Shown here: in pieces, positions 41,011-50,933 of the stretch | How the letters are laid out: the number at the start of each line of letters is the position of its first letter | How positions within the stretch are numbered: position 1 is the first letter of the stretch | From: an uncultured Bacillaceae bacterium | Lineage (GTDB): Bacteria; Bacillota; Bacilli; Bacillales; DSM-1321 | DNA length: 64,000 nt | NCBI GenBank assembly: GCA_963790055.1 | Contig: CAWBND010000006.1 | Span: forward strand, 1,416 to 65,415 | Direction of reading: 5' to 3' | Notes under the pieces: generated by a model | Databases searched by the model: none | Told to the model about the DNA's origin: nothing | Seen by the model: the letters and a program-made list of their open reading frames with translations, nothing else | Made by a program: the position numbers and the translations under genes

Positions 41011-41757
41011 TCACTCCTCCCCATTCTTCTTTACTGTTTTCATTTTAGAAGGATTGTTTATTTTATATAAGATTTCCTTGTTAAACTTTTTCTCTACAAT
41101 CTTGCCATCAAACGATAGCACGTCCCCTTCCGCTAATTCAGCCTTCTTTAAGGTCTTACTATAGCCACACCATGCATCTCCTACTTCTAATTCATTTTCT
41201 CCTTCCACTTTCACGAGTTCAAGTAAAATGACTTCATCCTCTTCTCCTGTAAAGTGATTCATTTTGGAAGTAAACTCTTTCACCTTTGCGGTAAAATGAA
41301 CTTTGTCATCAGGTAGCGCCAGTTTCAGTTTCGCAGGTTCTTTTTTCGATTTTGCTTTTTCTTTATTCACCGTCGCTGCTTGTCTAGATTCTGTTGTGGC
41401 TTGTTTTCCTGTGTTAGTACCTTCTTCTTCAATCACTGCATGTTCTCCCGTTAATGACTCTTTACCAAAACTAGAACTTTGCATTTCTTTTAAATAAGCT
41501 GGATGAATGCAGCTAAGATTTCCATCTTCAAATTGAACTACAATTGTCTGCATCCCGTTGCCATATTCCTCATAGCCAATAAGTTTCACTTTGACTTGCT
41601 GACCATTTGTTTTATATAACAGCTCTTTTTTAACCGACCGTTCCGTAAAGAGCTTCCATTCGACTCCTTTAGCAACATATTCCTCGTCATTCTCAAACGT
41701 AACAAATCCACCCTTAGGAGGAACAAAGTGTATATAATTGGATAAACTCGTTTCCAC
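41011..41757 (-). CDS. Hypothetical protein, possible C-terminal OB-fold
   Basis: ORF with RBS GAGGAG, abuts the next gene. Confidence 0.65.
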   Translation of the reverse strand: METSLSNYIHFVPPKGGFVTFENDEEYVAKGVEWKLFTERSVKKELLYKTNGQQVKVKLIGYEEYGNGMQTIVVQFEDGNLSCIHPAYLKEMQSSSFGKESLTGEHAVIEEEGTNTGKQATTESRQAATVNKEKAKSKKEPAKLKLALPDDKVHFTAKVKEFTSKMNHFTGEEDEVILLELVKVEGENELEVGDAWCGYSKTLKKAELAEGDVLSFDGKIVEKKFNKEILYKINNPSKMKTVKKNGEE

Positions 41758-41825
41758 AAAACCACTCCTCGTTATTAATTCTGATATTGCTCTATTTTAA
41801 CAAAGTAGCCACTTGTTGCAAAATA

Positions 41826-41880
41826 GAAAAGCTCCGTAGACCTGTTTAGCCACGTATGGGCTGGGTACCTGGAGCTAGAT
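41826..41880 (+). repeat. Degenerate GAAAAGC...GGAGCTAGA Bacillaceae intergenic repeat
   Basis: Same termini as 50320-50437. Confidence 0.5.
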
Positions 41881-41926
41881 AAATAAAAAACAGCAGCCGA
41901 ATCTTATCCGACTGCTGCTCTAATTC

Positions 41927-43375
41927 TTATAAAATAGGAGATAATAACCGCGATAATGATTCCTTAATTTTTATTTTTCTCGAACGTTTGCCATAAATTT
42001 CAAGTGTTAATTCTCTTGATACTTCGATATCTTTATAAAAATTATCTGATAATGACTTAGCTATTCCTTCGTCATAAATAAAGGCGTTCACTTCAAAGTT
42101 TAATTTAAAGCTTCTCACATCAATATTTGCTGTACCAATGGAAGATACTTCTTCATCAACGACAATCGTTTTGGCATGAATAAAGCCATTATCATAAATA
42201 TATACCTGTGCACCAGCTTTTAATAACTCCCCTGCATAAAAAGTAGTGGCCCAATAAACAAAAATATGATCAGGCTTATTCGGAATCATAAGCTTTACAC
42301 TAATACCTGATAAACTGGCTATTCTCAGTGCATCAAATAAACTAGCATCTGGTATAAAATACGGAGTCTGAATAAGAATCGACTTTTTGGCGGATGAAAT
42401 TAATTTAATATACCCATTTTTAATTTGTTCCCATTCTGAATCCGGACCGCTCGTCACAATTTGCAACCCAATGGAACCATTTGATTTGAGCTCAGGAAAA
42501 TAATTTCGCTGATACACGATATCGTGATGCTTTGAGGCTTGGTTCCAATCAAGAATAAAGCGAGTTTGCGTTGCATAAACGGCCGACCCTTCGATACGCA
42601 AATGCGTGTCACGCCAATAGCCGAATTTTGGGTCTAACCCCAAATATTCATCGCCTACATTAAATCCTCCAACATAGCCAATTTCCCCATCAATAATGAC
42701 AAGTTTGCGGTGATTCCGAAAATTAAGACGCGGATTAAGGTACTTTAATTTTGAAGGAAAAAATACCTCAACACGGCCCCCTGCTTTTTCAAACTCTTTA
42801 AAAAACCTCTTATTTAATGTTCTGGATCCTAATTCATCATATAAAACACGTACTTTAACCCCTTCTTTTACCTTTTTTGTCAAAGCGTGAATGAATCGTT
42901 TTCCTAAATCATCATCTTTAATAATATAATACTGAATATGTATATGATTTTTTGCTTGCTCAATATCTTTGAATAATTGCTGAAACTTTGCTTTGCCATC
43001 CGTAAATATGGAAACTTCATTATCCTCTGTCAAGACAGCATCATTTGTACAAAGATGCATATAGATTAAATCTCGATTATCTCTAGTTGAATTATTCCGA
43101 AAATGAAAATTATTACTCGTCAATTCAGTTAATTGTTTGTTCAAAATTTCTTCAATGCCTATTTTGTTCTTGTCTTCCCATTGAAATAAATGCTTACTTC
43201 GCAAATTCCGCCCAAGGAAGAGATACAATATAAAGCCAACTACAGGGAAAAAGAATAATACTAATAGCCAAGCCCATGTTGTACTAGGCTCTCTTCGTTC
43301 AATAAAAATAACAATTACTGCAAGTAACATATTTAAAATTAAAATAACAGCAAGTAAAATTGAAGTAATGTGCAT
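41927..43375 (-). CDS. cls: Cardiolipin synthase
   Basis: Two HxKxxxxD motifs (HRKLVIID, HAKTIVVD), N-terminal TMs. Confidence 0.95.
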   Translation of the reverse strand: MHITSILLAVILILNMLLAVIVIFIERREPSTTWAWLLVLFFFPVVGFILYLFLGRNLRSKHLFQWEDKNKIGIEEILNKQLTELTSNNFHFRNNSTRDNRDLIYMHLCTNDAVLTEDNEVSIFTDGKAKFQQLFKDIEQAKNHIHIQYYIIKDDDLGKRFIHALTKKVKEGVKVRVLYDELGSRTLNKRFFKEFEKAGGRVEVFFPSKLKYLNPRLNFRNHRKLVIIDGEIGYVGGFNVGDEYLGLDPKFGYWRDTHLRIEGSAVYATQTRFILDWNQASKHHDIVYQRNYFPELKSNGSIGLQIVTSGPDSEWEQIKNGYIKLISSAKKSILIQTPYFIPDASLFDALRIASLSGISVKLMIPNKPDHIFVYWATTFYAGELLKAGAQVYIYDNGFIHAKTIVVDEEVSSIGTANIDVRSFKLNFEVNAFIYDEGIAKSLSDNFYKDIEVSRELTLEIYGKRSRKIKIKESLSRLLSPIL

Positions 43376-43476
43376 TGTTACATCCTCACAATAAAGTTTT
43401 ATCTTCTCTATTAAGGATAACATTCATTCGTTATGAAAGAAAATGAAAAGTCTAAAGCTCGTTCGTATGTAACTCG

Positions 43477-44085
43477 CTACGGACGCTCTAATTCAAAGGT
43501 TTGGCCTAGTTTGCTGTAAGTATTGCCAGCAAGACGTGCGATTGGCTGTAACCCTTGGGCGTCTATTCTTCCTTTATGATAGAGAGATGGTTCAATGTGA
43601 TAACAAACAATTTTACCTATTAAAAGGTCGCATGCCACTTCGCCCTGTGAACCACCTAATTGTACAGCTTGTTCAAGCTTACATTCAAAACGAATTTTCG
43701 CTTCTTTTACAGCTGGAACGGAAATTTGTTCACTCTCCACTAACGTAAAGTTTGTTCTTGTTAGTTCACTCTCATTCATAGCAAGTTCTGCTGCTGTTTC
43801 ATTCACATCACTCAAAATAAGCTGATCCACAATATGAACAACGAACTCTTTTCCATTTGTTGCATTTCTTGCAGTGTCTTTCATTATGCCATTTCTTCGT
43901 TGAACGGATACTGAAATCATCGGTGGATTTGAACTAACAATATTAAAAAAACTGAATGGCGCCGCATTCACCACACCGTCTTCCGATTTTGTAATCACGA
44001 AAGCAATAGGTCTTGGAATAATACTACCAATTAAAAATTTATAATTTTCCGTTTCACTCAAGCTTTCAGGATGAATAGAAATCAT
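43477..44085 (-). CDS. Flavin reductase family protein (YwrF-like)
   Basis: PRPIAF, NAAPFSFF, KDTARN. Confidence 0.88.
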   Translation of the reverse strand: MISIHPESLSETENYKFLIGSIIPRPIAFVITKSEDGVVNAAPFSFFNIVSSNPPMISVSVQRRNGIMKDTARNATNGKEFVVHIVDQLILSDVNETAAELAMNESELTRTNFTLVESEQISVPAVKEAKIRFECKLEQAVQLGGSQGEVACDLLIGKIVCYHIEPSLYHKGRIDAQGLQPIARLAGNTYSKLGQTFELERP

Positions 44086-44294
44086 GACAAGCCTCCTTCT
44101 CTTATAACGTAGCCACATGTTTTAAAATCAATTAGTAGCTTACTGCTGCTTCAGATCAAATTAACCGTTATCTATAGTCTTCCCTGTAGAGTACACTTGA
44201 CTACGTTTAAGTTTAGACGATGACAATCCTTAAACTCAAGGTTTTCTTTTCCAATGTAGTATAATAATTAGCAGTCTATAAAGGGGGTAAACAG

Positions 44295-44744
44295 ATGACA
44301 AAGCATCATTTTTCTTTACACGCCAATTGGCCAGAGGGAAGAAACGGTACAGGTACCATACACTCAGGAAACTTGCAAACAACCATAAGTATACCATCCG
44401 AAATGGACGGCCCTGGTATCGGTACAAACCCTGATGAAATGTTATTAGGAGCAGCAGCTACTTGCTATATCATTACGTTAGCGGCGATGTTAGAACGCAG
44501 TGGCATCAAAAAAGAATCGTTACATATGAATTCAGAAGCAATTGTTGATGTAACAAAAGGCATATTTACTTATGAGAAGATTATTCATCGCCCTACCATT
44601 GTTTTAGCTTCAGATGTTTCTGATCGTCAACTGCAAACAACAAAAAAATTAGCTCAAAAAGCAGAAGACTCTTGTATGATCTCCCGTGCTCTAAAAGGGA
44701 ATGTTGAAATTGAATTAGAAATTTCTATTACAAAGGCTCCGTAA
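44295..44744 (+). CDS. OsmC/Ohr family peroxiredoxin (YmaD-like)
   Basis: GTNPDEMLLGAAATCY...CMIS. Confidence 0.88.
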   Translation: MTKHHFSLHANWPEGRNGTGTIHSGNLQTTISIPSEMDGPGIGTNPDEMLLGAAATCYIITLAAMLERSGIKKESLHMNSEAIVDVTKGIFTYEKIIHRPTIVLASDVSDRQLQTTKKLAQKAEDSCMISRALKGNVEIELEISITKAP

Positions 44745-44799
44745 AGAAGACCAGGTCATTTACTCGACCTGGTCTTCTTTCAAGACAATTTCACTTTTC

Positions 44800-45051
44800 T
44801 CAGTGGAGGCCACTCAACTTTTCATCCACTTGCTGGCAGACCTCGTCAGCTGTTAACCCGTGTGCAGCAATAACCGAACCTTGTGTGGATGCATTTTGGA
44901 TACCTAGTACATCCTTATCCAACCCCGTAATTACACAGCAATCTAGCCCCTGTGCGTCTGACTCTTGTTTCAGTTCTACAATGTCATACCCTTTTGCGCG
45001 CAAAGCGGCCTGTACATTCGTTAATGATTGCTCAACACCAATTCTTGACAT
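44800..45051 (-). CDS. YkuS (UPF0180) family protein
   Basis: [25 protein letters not shown]. Confidence 0.88.
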   Translation of the reverse strand: MSRIGVEQSLTNVQAALRAKGYDIVELKQESDAQGLDCCVITGLDKDVLGIQNASTQGSVIAAHGLTADEVCQQVDEKLSGLH

Positions 45052-45058
45052 ACTAACA

Positions 45059-45191
45059 CCGTTGCCAAAAACTTATAAAAATCTATAAGCCTTGTTTGCT
45101 TCTTGCTTCTACCTGTCCGATTTTGCCAGAGCTACTTTCGTTTGCTGTGACAGTCCACAAGCGTAAATTCGGATACAACGAATCCTACATA
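45059..45191 (-). ncRNA. TnpB omega/reRNA-like scaffold (IS607 type), copy 1
   Basis: TATGTA-hairpin-GAATTTACGCTTGTGGA...GTAGC...GGACA...GAAGCAAGAA, homologous to 50715-50862. Confidence 0.65.
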
Positions 45192-45231
45192 GTTGAGTTT
45201 TCTTGTAAGATGAAAGTTCTCAACTCTTTAT

Positions 45232-45328
45232 CTGACTTGGTTTTCGTCGATTTTTATTCCTATACACCCTCACGATTCTACTCGATGACTACACCACTTT
45301 CGCAATGTATGGGATTCATAATAGGCAT
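45232..45328 (-). ncRNA. Unidentified conserved structured RNA module, copy 1
   Basis: Helices with compensatory changes relative to 50934-51035. Confidence 0.65.
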
Positions 45329-45520
45329 ACTCATTTTACCAAATTTACAGATAACAAACAAGTGAATTGACTAACGGAGTTCACCTCCTTATAATAGTTT
45401 ATAGATATTTCTTAACTGTTTTTCCCCTCCTCAATGCTAATTTACCCAATTCCACCATTTTCTATTTATGCAAATACTGAAAAAGCCAACTCCCATTATA
45501 AAGAGTTGGCTTACAAATCA

Positions 45521-46459
45521 TTAAAAATATTTCTTTTTCCAGAAAATAAAGGCTACCGTACCTGCTAACCCTAAAGCAATTAGCATCGTAAATATAAATG
45601 CGTATGGGTTATTTGCAAATGGCAAAGCTACATTCATCCCAAAAAAGCTCGCTACCATAGTTGGAAGTGTTAAAATAATGGTTACTGATGTTAAAAATTT
45701 CATAGCATTATTTACATTATTAGAAATAATAGAAGCGAATGCATCCATCATTCCGCTCAAAATAGACGTATACACTTCTGCCATCTCAATCGCCTGTGTA
45801 TTTTCAATAATAACATCTTCCAATAAGTCCTTATCTTCTTCATACATCTTTAAATAATTAAAACGAAGAATTTTATCTAACACTACTTTATTTGATTTTA
45901 AAGAAGTCGTGAAATACACTAAACTTTTTTCCAAAGATAAAAACGTGTACAGCTCTTTATTTTTCATGGACTGATGCAGTTCTCGTTCAGATTCATTTGT
46001 AATTTTATTGATTTGTTTTAAATATCGCAAATAATACATTGAAATCTCAAATAATATTTGCAAAGCAAATCTTGTTTTTTTAAAGGTATAAAATTCTTTG
46101 ATTTTATTATTTTTGAAGCTTGTAAGAATGGGTGTGTCTTTTAATGAAATCGTAAGAAAACAATCTGGAGCATTAATCATTCCAATTGGTATCGTTTCAT
46201 AAATTGGAAAGCCAGCATCATCATGCGCGATATATGGATAATCGACAATAATAAGTAAGTGGCCATCTTCCCGCTCAATCCTTGGGCGTTCTTCATCATC
46301 CAATGGATCTTTCAAAAAATTTACTGGTATATTTAATTTCATGCAGATTTCTGAAATCTCAGATTCTGTTGGTGCTACAATATTAATCCAAGAACCTTTA
46401 ACTATTCCATCAACCTTTTTTAATTCCCGTTCTTCATTTGTTTTATACATTTCAATCAT
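45521..46459 (-). CDS. corA: CorA family Mg2+ transporter
   Basis: FFGMN signature, two C-terminal TMs. Confidence 0.93.
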   Translation of the reverse strand: MIEMYKTNEERELKKVDGIVKGSWINIVAPTESEISEICMKLNIPVNFLKDPLDDEERPRIEREDGHLLIIVDYPYIAHDDAGFPIYETIPIGMINAPDCFLTISLKDTPILTSFKNNKIKEFYTFKKTRFALQILFEISMYYLRYLKQINKITNESERELHQSMKNKELYTFLSLEKSLVYFTTSLKSNKVVLDKILRFNYLKMYEEDKDLLEDVIIENTQAIEMAEVYTSILSGMMDAFASIISNNVNNAMKFLTSVTIILTLPTMVASFFGMNVALPFANNPYAFIFTMLIALGLAGTVAFIFWKKKYF

Positions 46460-46502
46460 GAATTAGCCTCCTCTTCTATAAAGAGAAAGCCTATTTATCC
46501 GT

Positions 46503-46598
46503 TCAAGAAGATGCCCTGTTAAATACACGAAATCTATGTACTCGGATTAGATAAGCTTTCTCGGATCTACTGGGTTCAGGATCATAACTTCCACTCAT
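46503..46598 (-). CDS. Putative corA leader peptide (31 aa, DPEP motif)
   Basis: RBS AAAGGAG, MSGSYDPEPSRSEKAYL...; its coding region can pair with sequence just before the corA RBS. Confidence 0.55.
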   Translation of the reverse strand: MSGSYDPEPSRSEKAYLIRVHRFRVFNRASS

Positions 46599-46797
46599 CT
46601 TATCATCTCCTTTTCATTGACTATTCTTTATCTTAATCCTAATAATTTTAAATCACAACAGCAATTTTAAAAATATACATAAAAAATACAATTCCCTTAC
46701 ATATCATGTTTATACTTTATATCTTGCTGAAAACTTGACTTTTTTCGAAAACTAACATACAAAGGCTCTGTTAGCATGCTAACAGAGCCTTTTATAC

Positions 46798-47238
46798 TTA
46801 ATGCTGGATTTGATTTTGATCATGATCTTCTGAAATAGCGCTTAAAGCAATGCCTGCTTTGGAATCTGTTTCACGTCGAACAGCTAAATCCCCAAGCGAA
46901 ACAATCCCTACAAGTCGATTATTTTCCACTATTGGGATTCTTCGTATTTGTTCACTTGCCATTAACTCTTCAATGTCATCAATTGACATATCTGGCGACC
47001 CCGTCACTAAATGTGTTGATATCACATCCGTAATTTTAGTAGAGTTTGGTCTTTTTTCAGCTACACACCGAATAACAATATCCCGGTCGGTAATAACACC
47101 GATTAGTGATTGATTAGAATCCAATACTGGAATCATCCCCACATCATCTTGCTTCATTTTTAAAGCAGCCTCATAAATATTATCCTGCTCCGTACAGCAA
47201 TCTACATTTTTAGTCATAATGTCTCGAACACTTGTCAT
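46798..47238 (-). CDS. CBS domain protein (YhcV-like)
   Basis: GVITDRDIV, QIRRIPIV, GIVSLGDL. Confidence 0.9.
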   Translation of the reverse strand: MTSVRDIMTKNVDCCTEQDNIYEAALKMKQDDVGMIPVLDSNQSLIGVITDRDIVIRCVAEKRPNSTKITDVISTHLVTGSPDMSIDDIEELMASEQIRRIPIVENNRLVGIVSLGDLAVRRETDSKAGIALSAISEDHDQNQIQH

Positions 47239-47392
47239 AAAAATTCCTCCTCTATTGTTCATCCACGATTATTATGACCACTTGAACTTTTTATATTCTG
47301 TTGCCTGTCTTTACCTTATAAAAAATGTAAGACAGAAGGTACAATCCTTCTGTCTTACTTATAACATTTACATTATTTTAATAAACAAAATT

Positions 47393-49168
47393 TTATGCAA
47401 TATCAGCTGGAAGTAAAATATTAAAAGTTGTCCCTTTATTCACTTCACTTTCAACAACAATACGCCCTTTATGTCCTTCAATAATTTTAAAACTAACCAT
47501 TAATCCTAAACCGTTTCCCGTTTTCTTTGTTGTATAGAAAGGTTCACCTAACTTTTTTAAGCGTTCAGGTGGAATACCGACACCAGTATCTTCGATAGAA
47601 ATTTGTACTTCACCTTCTTTTAATTCGATGCTTACCATGATCTTTCCACCACTTGGCATAGCTTCCATACCATTTTTCACAAAATTCAAGAATACTTGTT
47701 TCAAACGGTTTTCATCACAACGCACAAGAATCGAGTCGTGAGCACTCTCAAAATAAAAAGTGACATTTTTTTTTCGTGCATCAAACTCCATAAGCGATAA
47801 TACATTTCGAATAATCGGAATAATATTTTTCGTTTCTAATTGAACAGACTGTGGCTTGGCTAAAACCAAAAATTCCTCAACAATTTGATTTACCCGATCA
47901 ATTTCATCTAGAATGATTTCAAAAAATTCGATACGATTTGAATCTTTTTCTTCCGAATGTAAAAATTCTGTATATCCCTTCATCGATGTAAGTGGATTAC
48001 GAATCTCATGAGCTACACCTGCTGCTAACTGACCTACAGCGGCTAATTTATCTTGTTGATGCAGCATTTCTTCCGCTTTCTTACGGCTAGTTATATCTGT
48101 TCGAATCGAAATATATTGATAGGGTTTTCCGTTTTTCATAAATGGAACAATCGTTGTCGCTACCCAATACAATTCTCCCAATTTATCGCGATTACAGATT
48201 TCCCCGCTCCACGTTTTACCTTCCTTAATCGTTTTCCAAAGATCACCGAAAAATTCCTTTGAATGATACCCTGAATTAATGATGGAGTGATTTTGTCCAA
48301 GTAATTCCTCTTTGCTATACTTTGAAATCTCAATAAATTTATCATTTGCATAAGTAATAATCCCTCGTGGGTCAGTTATAGCCACAATCGATGACTGATC
48401 TAATGCAAATCGGATATCTCTTACATAATTATCACTGTTAGCTAGTTTTCGGCTAATGATGATACTTGAAATAAGTAAACCGAATACAAGCAAAATAGAA
48501 ACAAAAAACAGCAAATACGCTAGAAAGGACGTATTTTTTACAAGTACATACTGATTACCTACTGCAGAATCAACGGGAAAAGTCCATCGCAATAAATATT
48601 GTCCTTGAATAATCGCCCCTGTCATCATAAAAGTGCTTACAATTTTTAAAAAGTGGGCATTTCCTTTATGGAACCGACTTGGATAAAATAAAATAATAAG
48701 CGTCAAAATAAACATGCAAAGAATCATAACAAAAGACACAAAAATAAGAGATGAATTAACATTCCATTCATCGTGCACAGGATACAAACTAATTATATAG
48801 TTAGCAAACAATGCTATTGTTAGCCAAACACTAGCATACAATATATGAAAGAAATTCAGCACGTTTTTCATTAAATTAAAGAAAGCGATTGCTATACAGG
48901 CTATATCTATCGCCAAAGTCAAAATAATAGTAGAAAAGTCTAGTAAATCAATACGATACCCCACAAATACTACACTATTAATAAAGTTCAAAATCCAAAA
49001 AGCAATTCCTAACACACAACTACTTCCGACAAATAAAAATCGTTTTCGTTGATTGGTCTTTGCCCGCATTCTCATAAACAGATAAATTGCTGCATAAGAA
49101 GCAATGAACGTTACAATAATTGAAATGAATAATACAACTTTATTAGATGAAAACATACTGACTTCCAC
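47393..49168 (-). CDS. Sensor histidine kinase: multi-TM (MHYT-like, degenerate) plus PAS, HisKA and HATPase
   Basis: Several TMs, PAS/PAC, AHEIRNPLT, G boxes. Confidence 0.88.
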   Translation of the reverse strand: MEVSMFSSNKVVLFISIIVTFIASYAAIYLFMRMRAKTNQRKRFLFVGSSCVLGIAFWILNFINSVVFVGYRIDLLDFSTIILTLAIDIACIAIAFFNLMKNVLNFFHILYASVWLTIALFANYIISLYPVHDEWNVNSSLIFVSFVMILCMFILTLIILFYPSRFHKGNAHFLKIVSTFMMTGAIIQGQYLLRWTFPVDSAVGNQYVLVKNTSFLAYLLFFVSILLVFGLLISSIIISRKLANSDNYVRDIRFALDQSSIVAITDPRGIITYANDKFIEISKYSKEELLGQNHSIINSGYHSKEFFGDLWKTIKEGKTWSGEICNRDKLGELYWVATTIVPFMKNGKPYQYISIRTDITSRKKAEEMLHQQDKLAAVGQLAAGVAHEIRNPLTSMKGYTEFLHSEEKDSNRIEFFEIILDEIDRVNQIVEEFLVLAKPQSVQLETKNIIPIIRNVLSLMEFDARKKNVTFYFESAHDSILVRCDENRLKQVFLNFVKNGMEAMPSGGKIMVSIELKEGEVQISIEDTGVGIPPERLKKLGEPFYTTKKTGNGLGLMVSFKIIEGHKGRIVVESEVNKGTTFNILLPADIA

Positions 49169-49408
49169 TTTTTCTAATCACCCCTCTATTTCCCCTTTCT
49201 TTTATTGTACTGAAAAAGACTCAGACATCAAAAACAAATATTACCTATTATGTATATTTCTCTCCACCATCCGCATTCTTTACACTTTTATTTACAAAAT
49301 GATAAGTCTTTCCAAAAAAAGTAAGGATTCAATAGGAATTTCTTTATTTACCAACATCTCTATGTTTATAATAAACAATAAAATACTAAAAAGGGGAGAC
49401 TCAGTTAC

Positions 49409-50317
49409 ATGACAGATATTACCTATCAGGATACGGCGGAAATAATCCAAAAAAAGTCGCAACATAAACGTCTAACATGGCGTCAAATTTTTCAACGAGC
49501 ACTCTTAATCACGGTAGGTGCTGTATTAATGAGTGTCGGTCTAGAAATCTTTTTAGTTCCAAATAATGTAATCGATGGGGGTATTACCGGAATTTCGATT
49601 ATGTTATCTTATCTTACCGGCTGGAAGCTTGGGATTTTCATCTTTGTTTTGAACCTTCCTTTCTTTTTCATCGGCTATAAGCAGATTGGTAAAACCTTCG
49701 CTATTTCCACTCTTTATGGAATCGTCATTCTTTCCATATCTACAACATTACTTCATCCTGTACCTGCTTTTACGCAAGACATTCTACTCGCTTCCCTTTT
49801 TGGCGGAATGGTTCTTGGAATCGGTATTGGGATCGTCATTCGATACGGCGGTTCTTTAGATGGCACAGAGATCCTAGCGATTTTAGCAAGTAAGAAGATG
49901 CCTTTTTCAGTAGGCGAAATCGTGATGTTCTTCAACATCTTTATTTTAGGAAGTGCAGGTTTTGTATTCTCTTGGGATCGCGCGATGTATTCCATTTTAG
50001 CTTATTTTGTAGCTTACAAAACAATGGACGTCGTGATTGCTGGCTTAGATGAATCTAAATTTGTATGGATCATTAGTGATGAATTTCAAGAAATTGGAGA
50101 TGCTATTCTACATAGACTAGGTCGCGGAGTCACCTACCTTTCAGGTGAAGGAGCATATTCTGGAGAAGATAAAAAAGTCATCTTTTGTGTCATCAACCGT
50201 CTAGAAGAAGCGAAATTAAAGGATATTGTCAAAGAATATGATACTTCTGCTTTTCTAGCCGTTGGTGACATCGCAGAAGTACGTGGTGGTCGATTTAAGA
50301 AAAAAGATATTCATTAG
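49409..50317 (+). CDS. YitT family membrane protein
   Basis: DGGITGIS, GGSLDGTE, RGVT, DUF2179-type tail. Confidence 0.9.
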   Translation: MTDITYQDTAEIIQKKSQHKRLTWRQIFQRALLITVGAVLMSVGLEIFLVPNNVIDGGITGISIMLSYLTGWKLGIFIFVLNLPFFFIGYKQIGKTFAISTLYGIVILSISTTLLHPVPAFTQDILLASLFGGMVLGIGIGIVIRYGGSLDGTEILAILASKKMPFSVGEIVMFFNIFILGSAGFVFSWDRAMYSILAYFVAYKTMDVVIAGLDESKFVWIISDEFQEIGDAILHRLGRGVTYLSGEGAYSGEDKKVIFCVINRLEEAKLKDIVKEYDTSAFLAVGDIAEVRGGRFKKKDIH

Positions 50318-50319
50318 AT

Positions 50320-50467
50320 GAAAAGCGGAACCGGCTCGGTCAGCTCGTGAAGAAAATAGGAAAAGACCCGGAAGGCGCTTTTTGCCTTTCGAGGGCTTTT
50401 ATCTTTTTCCGTGCTGAGCTAGCCGGTGGAGCTAGACATGAAGAAAAGCGGAAGACACCCGTTCAGC
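50320..50467 (+). repeat. GAAAAGCGGA...GGAGCTAGAC Bacillaceae palindromic intergenic repeat (one full copy plus a partial tandem copy)
   Basis: Long internal hairpin; related stubs at 38423, 41826 and 59764. Confidence 0.6.
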
Positions 50468-50508
50468 AAAAAAGCACAAGTGCATGGGCACTTGTGCTTT
50501 TTATTAGC

Positions 50509-50706
50509 TCAAGAAGAATGTTTTGGATTATTAATGGCTGGCAGCATTCTTGATCCTGCCTTCATTTCACTGCCGCATAACGGACAAATATGTTCATCGT
50601 TGCTTGTAAAATTATCACGAATCCAACCTTTGCAATCATCGGACATGCATTCCCATACTTTTGTTTCCTCAGGAATGACTTCTTCCATATTATTTCGTCT
50701 ATACAT
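50509..50706 (-). CDS. Cold-inducible YdjO-like zinc-ribbon small protein
   Basis: WECxxxxCxGWIRxNF...CPLCG. Confidence 0.82.
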   Translation of the reverse strand: MYRRNNMEEVIPEETKVWECMSDDCKGWIRDNFTSNDEHICPLCGSEMKAGSRMLPAINNPKHSS

Positions 50707-50714
50707 TCATCTCA

Positions 50715-50862
50715 CTGCTACTAAAAACATAATCAAATGTAATCATCTGACTATGCCAGACGGTTTCCTGCTTCAACGTGTCCCGTCTCGCCAATTGCTC
50801 GCTACTACGGTTGGTATAACACTCCACAGGCGTAAATTCCGATGTAGCCCACCGTACACATA
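50715..50862 (-). ncRNA. TnpB omega/reRNA-like scaffold (IS607 type), copy 2
   Basis: Homologous to 45059-45191 with covarying hairpins. Confidence 0.65.
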
Positions 50863-50933
50863 TACAGATTAGTTAAGTTAATGTGTATATCTTCGTCCGT
50901 TAGTAGACTCTCCTTTCGTTAGATTTTTCAATT

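Larger units (their letters stand above)
45059..45383 (-). mobile_element. Non-autonomous IS607-type element (325 bp) inserted in the Shine-Dalgarno of the ykuS-like gene
   Basis: GG(TG) at both junctions; removal restores AAGGAGG-TGTTAGT-ATG; right end ...TAAGTTTTTGGCAACGG; omega-RNA-like GAATTTACGCTTGTGGA...GAAGCAAGAA. Confidence 0.75.

Noticed and set aside
45096-45365. 89-aa plus-strand ORF in the track
   Set aside because: Antisense to the structured element, no RBS, no family resemblance.
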